DNA of 64,000 nt from NCBI RefSeq assembly GCF_018350175.1, contig NC_058368.1, positions 17,176,001-17,240,000 on the forward strand. The letters run 5' to 3'. Source of the DNA: Felis catus. Lineage: Eukaryota. A program made the translations under genes and the position numbers. The notes under the pieces are model-generated. The model was not told the origin of the DNA, made no database searches, and was given only the letters and a program-made list of their open reading frames with translations. Below, one piece after another: positions 25,830-37,814 of this stretch. The first letter of the stretch is position 1. Every line of letters begins with the position of its first letter.

Positions 25830-25985
25830 CTTTATAAATTTTTACTAAGGTGTAATTTACAAGTACCAAAATGCAAATTTCCAAATGTAATGTTTGATGA
25901 ATTTGTCAAATGTGTACATCCATATGAAGCACACTTTAAACAAATCAAGTATTTCTGTCACCCCAGAAAGTTCCCTCTTTTCTCC
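25830..25985 (-). mobile_element. Old L1M 3' end fragment
   Basis: tgatgaatttgtcaaatgtgtacatccat...tcaccccagaaagttccctc. Confidence 0.65.
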
Positions 25986-27308
25986 ATGTTTAGAAATTAG
26001 TATTATCACTACTGGTGTCTTTATAACCTGCAATATCAAGTATACAAGAAATCTAGTCTCTGCTCAAGAGAATGGAATTTAAATACGTTCACAAGCAATA
26101 CATAAGCTAATAATTTAAAATCTGTAATAAATGTCCCTGAAAATATAGTAATAAATTTAGCATGGAAAAGATATCAAAACATCATCATCACTAAAAACAT
26201 TTATCAGAAACATAACTATATATATATATATATATAGGAAGCACAAAACCAAAGTAAAATTAATGCCCAAGTACAAAACCCATATAATAAAGCAACGCTG
26301 TGCACAGACCTTATACTAAATACGCCATAGAAGAAATGAGATTTCAGCAGAATTAAATAGGGAAGAAAATACCAGAAATATCAGAAAGACATTTGGAAAA
26401 CATGGAAGAAGAAGCATGTATGGGTGGTACATGCATGTGTGTGTGTGTGTGCGTGTGTGTGTGATGGAGGGAAATTAAAGATGGAACAGAGTATAGTTTG
26501 CGAAGCATGTGGCATTAGTAATTGCTTAATAAATATAGTGTTTATGTGAATTTAAATAGACCGTAGAATCCATTGAGTAACTGCTGAGCAAAAATGTCTT
26601 GAATTTCTAAGCAAATCTCTGAGACACACAGATATCTAGTGAACTGTGGTACAAACACTATTGGTATAGATTTTTGTCCTGATTAGCTGATGTTGATCAC
26701 AAGTGACTATTTTGACCTTCTGTCCTTGGATGATTCTCACCATTAATAGATACCATAATACTTCTTGTAAATATCCTCCAAAGTTGTTGAGATAATATGT
26801 TTTATAGATGAAAACAAATGAACAAAAATTCTCTGTTTGTATCAGTTAGTGTTACAGTATTCAACTCTTACCACAACAATGAAAACATAACCTCATACTG
26901 ACACAGGAAATCGGGACTTGCATGCATGTGTCTTTGAGTTCATTATTTGCCTTTCAAATAAATATGATCCAGTCTCCAGTTAGCCAGAAAAACCCAAATG
27001 TCTTGAGCTCGCTTCTATGCATTGTAAATATTCAATAAAGGTTGAGGACTGAATGATTTTAAAAGGCCACTTAGAAGCTCAAGATGCTTCCTAGAAGCAC
27101 ACAATAGTTACAAGTCTTTCTTCATTACTCTTAAAATATACACATAAGAACCTTTATAAAAACATGAGAAATTTTATTTATTATGCTTAGGTATATCTTT
27201 ACACCCAGCTTGGTTTTTGTTTTTTGTTTTTTTTCTTGAGTTATAAATCTCAAGAAGGAAGAGGCTCTATATTTAGTACTGCTTAAAAAGTGCCTGTAGG
27301 AGAGGAGC

Positions 27309-27319
27309 CAAGATGGCGG
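27309..27319 (+). promoter_or_regulatory. YY1 site at the L1 5' end (internal promoter start-site element)
   Basis: CAAGATGGCGG ~10 nt from the 5' end, as in other mammalian L1s. Confidence 0.8.
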
Positions 27320-28392
27320 AACAGCATGGAAGTTTTTTGTGTGTCTCGCGTCCATGAAATACAGCCAGACCAACACTACACCACCCTGCACACCTAGAAA
27401 ACCGATCGAAGGATTAACACAACAATCTGCACAACCTGAACCGCAGAATTCAGGAGGTTCGCGGCACGGAGAGGTGCATTTGGGAAGCGAGAAGCTGCAG
27501 CTGGCGGAAAGGTGCTTTTGCGGGCAGAGAGAGGACGGAGACGGGGGGCAGGAGTGGGGGGAGAATTCAGGAAAAGCACCCCTCCCCAAAAGCAGCTGGA
27601 GAGAAAGTGGAAACTTGGAAACAGCCGCAGGGACTAAACTAAAAAGGGAGAAAGGAGAAAGGAGAGGGTTTAAATTCCACTAAGACTGTAAACAAGGGGA
27701 GCGCAAAGGCTGCAACTCCGCAGCTCATACCTGGCGGTGCTCTGGCGGGAAGGGCGAATCCCCAGGAACAGAGTGGGGTTCGGGAGGTTCTCAGGCCACA
27801 CCAGGAAAAGCGGTTCCACTGCCGGAAGGACATTTGGTAGAGACTCTTGAAGCCACCTGGTTGCAGCAGACCCTGGAAGGCAGCCACATTCACTGATGCT
27901 GGAACAAGGTCGTTGAGGGTGAAGCCTGGTGCCAGATGTGTTGTGATTTCCCACAATCCCTGAAACGCTGCTGCTACACTGTCTCGTGAACTTTTTCTGG
28001 GGCGGGCTAGCACCTGGCCGCAGTCTCGGGGCACCGGCAGCAGCAGGTTCCAGCGGGCGTTCCTGGGTACATTCGGCCATTGCTCGGTGAGCCCTCCTGC
28101 AGAGGGGCGGGAACAGGTCAAAACTGCAGTCCTTCAAAAGTAAGGGGCCGGGGAAAACAGCCGCATCTGAGACAAAACTCGGGAAGGAGGTACTGTCTGG
28201 GGCTTGGTCACGGACAGTGAAGACGCGGGCAGTGGATGAAACCTGAAGATAGAGGGCGGGGGCGCGATTGCTGATCGGAGAGAACAGTGTTCCCATACTA
28301 GACACTGGGTACTGGGTGACAACAGTTTCACCTCTCCGGCGCATGTGCATACACACCTACGAGCGCCACAACGCTCCACCCCAGGAGGCTAG

Positions 28393-28409
28393 CAGCGCCA
28401 TCTAGTGGA
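28393..28409 (-). promoter_or_regulatory. CTCF core motif in L1 5'UTR
   Basis: minus strand TCCACTAGATGGCGCTG matches the CTCF core CCAC/GYAGRKGGCRS. Confidence 0.6.
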
Positions 28410-28579
28410 CAGCGAAGCCATTACACTGAGCCCCACCCAATTGGACCAACTTCTCTCTTCAAGAACATAAGTCTCACTGCCTGTTTACTTTATGGACTAT
28501 AAAGCACTTCATAGTCTGACTACTAGGGGAAAACGAAGTAATTACAGTCCTATTTCAATCTGTTAGCAGGTCCATCTAT

Positions 28580-29030
28580 TCAATTTTCTTTCTTTTTTTC
28601 CTCTTTTTCACCTCTTTTCTTTTTCTTGAATACAGAAAGAGAAAATTCATTTTTATTTTCAATTTTTGTTAAAAATATTTTTCTTTAATTTTTTTACTAT
28701 ATTTTTTGCTTTCGTGTAAATTTTTTCAAATCCTATTTTACTTCCATAATTTTATTTTAGTCTACTACAGTGTATTCACTTTTTCAAATTTTCAAATGAT
28801 TTCCTTTTTTTCTCTTTTTTGTTTCTTTTCTTTTTCTTGAATACAGAAAGAGAAAAAATTCATTTTTATTTTTAATTTTTATTAAAAATATTATTCTTTA
28901 ATTTTTTTCTACTATATTCTTGACTTTTGTGTAAATTTTTTCAAATTCTATCTTACTCCCATTATCTCATTTTAGTCTACTTCAGTGTATTCATTTTTTC
29001 AAATTCTCAAACAACTTCCTTCTCCCCCCC
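28580..29030 (+). repeat. T-rich ~210-bp two-copy tandem repeat in L1 5'UTR
   Basis: ttttcttgaatacagaaagagaaaa...tttagtctac..cagtgtattca at ~28621 and ~28832. Confidence 0.9.
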
Positions 29031-29098
29031 CCCTTCTTTCTCTAATCTGTCAAACCACTTTCAACACCTAGACCGAAACACACCTAGGATCTAGCATC

Positions 29099-29332
29099 AG
29101 ACAGATCAAGTTTGCAGCTGACCTATCCACAGAAACTTGGCAGGCCAGAAAGGAGTGGCAGGATATATTCAATGTACTGAATCAGAAAAACATGCAGCCA
29201 AAAATTCTTCATCCAGCAAGGCTGTCATTCAAAATAGAAGGAGAGATAAAACATTTCCCAGACAAACAAAAATTAAAGGAGTTTGTGACCACTTAACCAG
29301 CCCTGCAAGAAATTTTAAGGGGAACTCTCTGA
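29099..29332 (+). pseudogene. L1 ORF1p C-terminal domain remnant (78 codons incl. stop, internal TAA at 29294)
   Basis: RQIKFAADLSTETWQARKEWQDIFNVLNQKNMQPKILHPARLSFKIEGEIKHFPDKQKLKEFVTT*PALQEILRGTL*; no start, coiled coil or RRM upstream. Confidence 0.93.
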
Positions 29333-29424
29333 GGAGGGGAAAGGAAAAAAAAAAGACCAAAAGTAACAAAGACTAGAAAGGACCAGAGAACACCACCAGA
29401 AGCTCCAACTCTACAAACATCATA

Positions 29425-32400
29425 ATGTCAATAAATTCATATCTTTCAGTTCTCACCCTAAATGTCAATGGACTCAATGCTCCAATCAAAAGACACAGAG
29501 CAACAGAATGGATAAGAAAACACAATCCATCTATATGCTGTTTACAAGAGACCCACTTTAGACCTCAAGACACCTTCAGATTGAAACTAAGGGGATGGAG
29601 AACTATCTATCATGCTAATGGTCAACAAAAGAAAGCCGGAATAGCCATACTTATATCAGACAATCTAGACTTTAAAATAAAGACTGTATCAAGAGATGCA
29701 GAAAGGCATTATATCATAATCAAGGGGTCTATCCACCAAGAAGACCTAACAATTGTAAACATTTATGCACCAAATATGAAAGCACCCAAATATATACATC
29801 AATTAATCACAAACATAAAGAAACTCATCGATAGTAATACCATAACAGTAGTAGACTTCAACACTCCACTCATACCAATGGACAGATAATCTAATCAAAA
29901 AATCAACAAGGAAACAATGGCTTTGAATGACACACTGGACCAGATGGACTTAACAGATATATTCAGAACATTTCATCCTAAAGCAGCAGTGTACTTGGAA
30001 CGTTCTCCAGAATAGACCATATACTGGGACACAAATCAGCCCTAAGTAGGTACAAAAATATTGAGATCCTACCATGCATATTTTCAGACCACAAAGCTAT
30101 GAAACTCGAAATCAACCACAAGAAAAAACTCGGAAAGTTAACAAATACTTGGAGACTGAAGAACATCCTACTAAAGAATGAATGGGCTAACCAAGCAGTT
30201 AAAGAGGAAATTAAAAAGTATATGGAAGTCAATGAAAATGATAACACCACAACCCAAAACCTCTGGGACGCAGCAAAGGCGGTCATAAGAGGAAAGTATA
30301 TAGCAATCCAGGCCTTCCTAAAGAAGGAAGAAAGATCTCAGATACACAACCTAACCTTACGCCTTAAGGGGCTGGAAAAAGAACGGCAAATAAAACCCAA
30401 AACCAGCAGAAGACAGGAAACAATAAAGATTAGAGCAGAAATTACTGCTATCGAAACTAAAAAAAAAACAGTAGAACAGATCAATGAAACCAGAAGCTGG
30501 TTCTTTGAAAGAATTAACAAATCTGATAAACCACTAGTCAGTTTGATCAGAAAGAAAAAGGAAAGGACCCAAATACATAAAATCAAGAATGAAAGAGAAG
30601 AGATCACAACCAACACAGCAGAAATAAAAACAATAATAAGAGAATATTATGAGCAGTTATATGCCAATAAAATGGGCAATCTGGAAGAAATGGACAAATT
30701 CCTAGAAACATATACACTACCAAAACTGAAACAGGAAGAAATAAAGAAATTTGAACAGAGCCATAACCAGTAAGAAAATCGAATTAGTAATCAAAAATCT
30801 GCCAAAAACCAAGAGGCCAGGGCCAGATGGCTTTCCAGGGGAATTCTACCAAACATTTAAGGAAGAGTTAACACCTATTCTCTTGAAGTTGTTCCAAAAA
30901 AATAGAAATGGAAAGAAAACTTCCAAACTCTTTCTATGAAGCCAGAATGACCTTGATTCCAAAACCAGACAGAGACCTCACTAAAAAGGAAAACTATAGG
31001 CTAATTTCCCTGATGAACATGGATGCAAAAATCCTCAACAAGATATTAGCCAACTGGATCCAACAACACATTAAAAAAATTATTCACCATGACCAAGTGG
31101 GATTTATACCTGGGATGAAGGGCTGGCTCAATATCCACAAAACAATTAACGTGATTCATCACATCAATAAAAAAAAGGACAAGAACCATATGATCTGCTC
31201 AATAGATTCAGAGAAAGCATTTAACAAAATACAGCATCCTTTCTTGATAAAAACCTTCAAGAAAGTAGGGATAGAAGGAGCATACCTCGAGATCATAAAA
31301 GCCATATATGAACAACCCAGTGCTAATATCATCCTCAATGGGGAAAAACTGAGAGCTTTCCCCCTGAGGTCAGGAACAAGACAGGGATGTCCACTCCCAC
31401 CACTGTTATTCAACATAGTATTGGAAGTCTTAGCCTCTGCAATCAGACAACACAAAGAAATAAAAGACATCCAAATCAGCCAGGAGAAGGTCAAACTTTC
31501 ACTCTTCACAGATGACATGATACTCTATATGGAAAACCCGAAAGAGTCCACCAAAAAACTGCTAGAATTGATTCATGAATTCAGCTAAGTTGCAGGATAT
31601 AAAATCAACACACAGAAATCAGTTGCATTCCTATACACCAACAATGATGCAACAGAGAAATCAAGGAATTGATCCCATTTACAATTGCACAAAAAACCAT
31701 AAAATACCTCGGAATAAATCTAACCAAAGAGGCAAAAAATTGATTCACTGAAAAGTATAGTAAGCTTATGAAAGAAATTGAAGAAGACACAAAAAAAATG
31801 AAAAAAAGATTCCATGCTCCTGGATAGGAAGAACAAATATTGTTAAAATGTTGATACTACCCAAAGCAATCTACATATTCAATGCAATCCCTATCAAAAT
31901 ATCACCAGCATTCTTCACAGAGCTAGAACAAACAATCCTAAAATTTGTATAGAACCAGAAAAGACCCCAAATAGCCAAAGTAATCTTGAAAAAGAAAACC
32001 AAGCAGAAGGCATCAAAATCCAGGACTTCAATCTGTATTACAAAGCTGTAATCATCAAGACAGTATGGTACTGGCACAAAAACAGACACTCAGATCAATG
32101 GAACAGAATAGAGAACCCGGAAATGGACCCACAAACGTATGACCAACTAATCTTTGACAAAGCAGGAGAGAATATCCAATGGAATAAAGACAGTCTCTTC
32201 AGCAAGTGGTGCTGGGAAAACTGGACAGCGACATGCAGAAGAATGAACCTGGACCACTGTCTTACACCATACACAAAAATAAACTCAAAATGGATGAAAG
32301 ACCTAAACGTAAGACAGGAAGCCATCCAAATCCTCAAGGAGAAAGCAGGCAAAACCCTCTTTGATCCTGGCCGCAGCAACTTCTTACTCAACACGTCTCC

Positions 32401-33234
32401 AGAGGCAAGGGAAACAAAAGCAAAAATGAACTACTGGGACCTTATCAAAATAAAAAGCTTCTGCACAGCAAAGGAAACAATCAGCAAAACTAAAAGGCAA
32501 TGGACAGAATGGGAGAAGATATTTGCAAATGACATATCAGATAAAGGTTTAGGATCCAAAATCTATGAAGAACTTCTCAAACTCAACACCCAAAAAACAA
32601 ATAATCCAGTGAAGAAATGGGCAAAAGACATGAGTAGACACTTCTCCAAAGAAGACTTCCAGATGGCCAACTGACACATGAAAAAATGCTCCACATCACT
32701 CATCATCAGGGAAATACAAATCAAAACCACAATGAGATACCACCTCACACCTGTCAGAATGGCTCACATTAACAACTCAGGCAACAACAGATGTTGGCGT
32801 TGATGCAGAGAAAGAGGATCTCTTTTGCATTGTTGGTGGGAATGCAAGCTTCTGCAGCCACAATGGAAAACAATATGGAGAGGTTCCTCAAAACACTAAA
32901 AATAGAACTACCCTACGACCCAGCAATTGCACTACTAGGCATTTATCCACGGGATACAGGTGTGCTGTTTCGAAGGGACACATGCACCCCCATGTTTATA
33001 ACAGCACTGTCAACAATAGCCAAAGTATGGAAAGAGCCCAAATGTCCATCTATGGATGAATGGATAAAGAAGAAGTGGTATATATATACAATGGAGTATT
33101 ATTTGGCAATCAAAAAGAATGAAATCTTGCCATTTGCAACTATGTGGATGGAACTGGAGGGTATTATGCTAAGTGAAATGAGTCAGAGAAAGACAAACCA
33201 TGGTAGAATGACAGTCTACCATTCACTCATATGA
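29425..33234 (+). pseudogene. L1 ORF2 (APE endonuclease, reverse transcriptase, Cys-rich domain), inactivated
   Basis: TLNVNGLN, CCLQETH, DFNT, SDH; PGPDGF, RQGCPL, FTDD (31505-31516); stops at 29887 and 31586, short deletion near 29989, frameshifts in A runs. Confidence 0.97.
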
Positions 33235-33351
33235 GGACTTTAAGAGACAAAACAGATGAACATAAGGCAAGGGAAACAAAAATAATATAAAAACAGGGAG
33301 GGGGCAAAACAGAAGAGACTCATAAATGTGGAGAACAAACTGAGGGTTACT

Positions 33352-33393
33352 GGAGGGGTTGTGGGAGGGGGGATGGGCTAAATGGGTAAGGGG
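33352..33393 (+). other. G-rich tract of L1 3'UTR (potential G-quadruplex)
   Basis: ggaggggttgtgggaggggggatgggctaaatgggtaagggg has six runs of >=3 G. Confidence 0.65.
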
Positions 33394-33790
33394 CACTAAG
33401 GAATCTACTCCTAAAATCATTGTTGCACTATATGCTAACTAATTTGGATGTAAATTTTAAAAAATTAAAAATAAAATTAAAAAAAAAGAATCACTAAAAA
33501 AAATGCCTGTTGGAACATAGAGCTTCAGTCGACTTAATAACGTATTCCAAGTGAATAATTATGCTACCCAGCTGGGATACAATATTATGAGCAGAGGGAG
33601 CTGGCTTTCAACAACTGTTCTTATTTGGGAAAGATAAGCCTTTGTGAAAAAATAAAAACAAAACCAAAATCTTGTATTTTGAATCAACACAACATAGAAC
33701 TATAGAAAGTCAAAAGGACAGAAAAAAATAATGATAAAAGGCAATAAATAAGGAGGGAGGTCATTCAAAGTAAACTCCTATCATTCTAGG

Positions 33791-34182
33791 TGTCATGGTC
33801 TTTTGATGTGTCCACTTGGCTAAGCTGCGGTCCCCAATCATTCCATCCAACATGTTGCTCTGAAGGTATTTTGTAGACATGATTGAAGTTTATAATCAGT
33901 TGACTTGGAATAAGGGAAATATTTCCAAATAACGTAGGGGTGCCCAATTCATCGGTTGAAAGACTTTACGAGTAGAGCTGATGCTTTTGTAAGGAAGAAA
34001 TTTCATTGTGGACAACAGCTTCAGCTGCAGAGCTCCAGCCTGCCCGTCCTGACAGTGTACCATCTGGATGTGGGACCTGCCTAACCAGCCCCCACAACTA
34101 TGGAAGCCGATTTCTTACAACAAATATCCTGATGTACACCTCCTACTGGTTCTGCTTCTCTGACTGAACCCTTGCTGATACC
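33791..34182 (+). mobile_element. MLT2D-like ERVL solo LTR
   Basis: tgtcatggt...tgtccacttggctaagct; aatcagttgact; tcctactggttctgcttctctg..gaaccc end. Confidence 0.8.
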
Positions 34183-34422
34183 AGGCACGCATACCACATG
34201 ATAATGTTAATGCTTCTATATAAAAACTGTTATCTCAGCCCCTCATTTTTAGTAACAAAGAACTTGCTACAACAGCATCCTAGAGAAGAAATGTCCTGAG
34301 ACTATGGAGATTAAAAAAATAACCTTACTTAAAACTCATATCAAAGAGCTGTGTATTAACAAAGAAATAAAACTGTATGTGCAAATAGTGTAAACAAAAC
34401 ATTTTAATATTTTGGAACCAGA

Positions 34423-34629
34423 GGGGCACCTGGGTGGCTCAGTCAGTTGAGTGTCTCACTTCGTCTGGTTCTTGAGTTCAAGCCCCACATCCTGGCTCCA
34501 GGCTGTCAACAGTTTGCTTCGGATCATCTGTCCCCCTTCTCTCTGCCCCCCCCCAACTTGCGTGCACCTGAGCATGCCCTCTCTCTCTCTCTCTCTCTCT
34601 CTCTCAAAAATAAATAAACCCTTAAAAAA
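34423..34629 (+). mobile_element. CanSINE
   Basis: ggggcacctgggtggctcag head, (CT)n, aataaataaa. Confidence 0.92.
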
Positions 34630-35445
34630 TATATTTTGTGCCCAGAAAGTCATAACCAAGAAAATGTCCTTTAATTCATTTGGGGTAACATATAAACAAT
34701 ACCCAAACAAGAAAATTGTAGTAGTCTTTCAGGTCATGACCTTCATGGGTTTTAAGGCACGTACCTAAAGAAATCGCTGAACATTCCTAGCTTATTTGTT
34801 TATTCAATGAGAATCATTAATCATTCCATTTGAGCTTAAGTATCTACATTTAAACCTTGAACTAGAGCTCCATATGCACAAGGACTATCCATGTGGAATT
34901 TCTTTTCTTACTTCAACAAACAATTCAGTTCAGTTCAAACATTTATTGAATACTCATTAGTTACCAGGAATATACATTCTTTATGAGTAAGTTTTGATTA
35001 TTTGCTTATTAAACTCTCCAATACAAAATGAGTGTCAGCATTCAAATATTTATACTGCCGAGAAGTGTTAGAAAATTCAAAAGTCACCTTTATTCATACT
35101 CGGAAAAAAATTTTCTTCCGCCGACACTCAGATGAAGCTATTTCTGATGATTTTTCAGTTTTAAAATATGCCTCGCTCTTTCTTAATTAGAGGAAAACAT
35201 TTTATTTTGCCTTTGCAATGCAATCCTGTACCTAAGGCAATTGCCACGAAATACCTTCTTAATGGACAGATGAGAAGAAAAGAAAGCAGACATTTGGCCT
35301 GCATTTAGCATATAAAAATAGCAGAATTATGAGGAGTGTAAATAACTGATTTGAAAAGAAGGTAGAGAAGTGAACAGAGAAAAAGAAACACAAAAAAATG
35401 GAATAAGAAACAGATGAGAGATGTGAATTAAAAACTAGGAAATAA

Positions 35446-35650
35446 GGGTATCTGTGTGACTCCGTTAAGCGTCTGACCTTGGTTTTGGCCCAGCTCATGA
35501 TCTCACAGCTTCCTGGGTTCGAGGCCCACTTCAGACTCTGGGGTCACAGTGTGGAGCCTGCTTGGGATTCACTCTCTCTCCCTTTCTCTGCCCCTCCCCC
35601 ATTTGTGCTCTCTGTCTTTCTCAGAATAAATAAATAAACTTTAAAAAATA
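35446..35650 (+). mobile_element. CanSINE (older)
   Basis: degenerate head, B box ggttcgaggc, TSD aaaactaggaaataa/aaaactaaggaataa. Confidence 0.88.
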
Positions 35651-35693
35651 GGGAACTAAAACTAAGGAATAAAGTTTAAGCAAGAGGAATTTT

Positions 35694-35912
35694 TTTTTTT
35701 AATTTTTTTTCAACGTTTTTTATTTATTTTTGGGACAGAGAGAGACAGAGCATGAATGGGGGAGGGGCAGAGAGAGAGGGAGACACAGAATCGGAAGCAG
35801 GCTCCAGGCTCTGGGCCATCAGCCCAGAGCCTGACGCGGGGCTCAAACTCCCGGTGAGATCGTGACCTGGCTGAAGTCGGACGCTTAACTGACTGCGCCA
35901 CCCAGGCGCCCC
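35694..35912 (-). mobile_element. Young CanSINE (SINEC_Fc type)
   Basis: gccatcagcccaga and ctgcgccaccc diagnostics; perfect 17-bp TSD taagcaagaggaatttt. Confidence 0.97.
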
Positions 35913-37309
35913 TAAGCAAGAGGAATTTTAAAAGCTATACTTCTGTGGAATAATCAATAATAAAATATTTTCAGATGCTTAGAAGAAAATTTATACAATA
36001 AATCTCATCCAATTTGGTCTCATTCTTTCAACAAATAGACAGTAGGAAGACTAACCTATTGTTAAATCTAAGGCAAGAAAGTAGACCTTCCTGAATTCAA
36101 ATTGAATAATACCTTTGGAGATGGTCTTGGAAGGAACTCTTATTTTTCTGCTCAGAAATCTGGGAGAGGTTTCCTAGGCCTAAGGAAATGTCTACATGAG
36201 AGAATGATGGATGGGGCACACAACGCTTTTTAAAATGTGCCTAGGCTCATTTTGCATTCTAATGTATTAATAGCATAAATTATATATGTCTGTCTATATC
36301 TACATTTAGCGGACAATGTCTGCGCAGCTGACCTGCTTTTTAGGGACTCCTCTTGTCTTTATGAGATTGAATAGGTATGAATGCGACCTACTTATGGAAT
36401 GAACTGCTACAGATCTTACCACAAATCCCTCAAGTCAGTCCTATTCTTCCCATAATGCACAAAATCTCACCGTTCCTTCTTCATTCTTATAAAGGAGCAG
36501 TATTTTATGCATGGAAAGTTAGTTGCTGACCACTACGAAGCAAGACAAATTGAAAGATGAATGTCAAAAGGTCAGTTTTACAAAGATCCTTTGTCTGATC
36601 ATTTTCTCTCCTGCTAAAACTCCCCTAGGGTAAAGTAAGGCAAAGCGTTATTTTCTTACAGTCAAGACATTGGATTGTGCCAACACAGGGACACTGGGAG
36701 AGGAGGCACAAAAGGAATAAAAAAGACACTTTATTTATAGAGGAAAGACAGCAAAATGGCAAACACATAGCCAGCCAGTTGAATGTAAATCCTAACATGA
36801 AAAACCCTCATTACAAAATCCCTATTTGCTATGTTAATCTTTCCATCCTTGCCACTGCTGAAGAATTTTCGCTCCTGGTATTATGAATTCTGGATTGTTT
36901 CCCAAAACTCCCTAACCCAAGAAAAATGTCTCAAGGTCCTAACCTATTTATAAAGATTTATGAACATTAAACAAAAATAAGGGCTTAAGTAAAAAGGCTA
37001 GTCTCTCTGCTTATTAAGTTGGTGTGTGTGTTTCTTGTCTTGGCACGGTTTACATGGTGTTGCTTTATTGGAATCAACTTTGTTGGAAATTCCCAGGTTT
37101 GTTTATCTGAGGTATTAGTTGCTGACACCCTAAAAACTTCCTACAGTGTATTTACATGCCCAGTTAGAGTGGATTGGAGAAGAAATGTTTCAGCAGAAAA
37201 AAAAAAGGCACGGGGAGTCCTTTTTGCCAATTAAGTGAGATTACTAGATACTGAAAGCTGGCAGAGGAACATGATAAGCAGGAAAGCAAGTGGGATAGGA
37301 AGAAGCAGA

Positions 37310-37560
37310 ATAATGGATAGTATTTACCAAATGGTTACTACGATGCTGTCACATTTGTAATGGCTTTACATCTATTATCTCATCTAATCCGTATAACCAT
37401 TCTGCTAAGCAGTAAGTTATGCACTACTTTGATTCCCATTTTGCAGAGGAAGAAACTGAGACATGAAGAAATAAGACAATGTGCCCAGTGATTCTACAAC
37501 TAGACTATGGAGAAGAAGGATTCCAACTCAAGCCCTCTGACTCCAACTTTCACAGTATCA
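37310..37560 (-). mobile_element. MIR
   Basis: core cccattttgcagaggaagaaactgagac; ggattccaactcaag..tctgactcca. Confidence 0.8.
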
Positions 37561-37814
37561 CACGATGCTACCCTGGCTTACTAAATTATCCTCCTGAATT
37601 ACACACTAGTATCTTTACAATCTGAATATGCCTGATCGAGATGTCAGGAACTCCGACACAAAGTCCAGAAGGACATCCTAACCAATGTGCCAGTTGCTTA
37701 CACAGTCGTGACATATCACCGGGTGATGATCCTTCCTGATTTCTGCCACTCAAAAAAAAAAAAAAAAAAAAATCTCTTTCCTGCTTTATTCCTGCACAGT
37801 AATGTGGAAAAACA

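Larger units (their letters stand above)
27300..28420 (+). promoter_or_regulatory. GC/CpG-rich L1 5'UTR (internal promoter region)
   Basis: only extended CpG-rich stretch in the window; several GGGCGG boxes. Confidence 0.75.
27299..33497 (+). mobile_element. Felid LINE-1 (L1_Fc-like) with intact ends, internal deletion of most of ORF1 and a disrupted ORF2
   Basis: 5' ggagaggagccaagatggcgg, GC-rich 5'UTR, ORF1 remnant, ORF2, G-rich 3'UTR, A tail; TSD aaaaagtgcctgt (27285-27297)/aaaaaatgcctgt (33498-33510) at a TT|AAAA site. Confidence 0.97.

Noticed and set aside
29978..32748. Minus-strand ORFs overlapping L1 ORF2
   Set aside because: Antisense shadows of the A-rich ORF2 frame.
36495..36570. 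Exon-like AG..GT segment
   Set aside because: Stops in all three frames; a non-coding exon cannot be supported from sequence alone.
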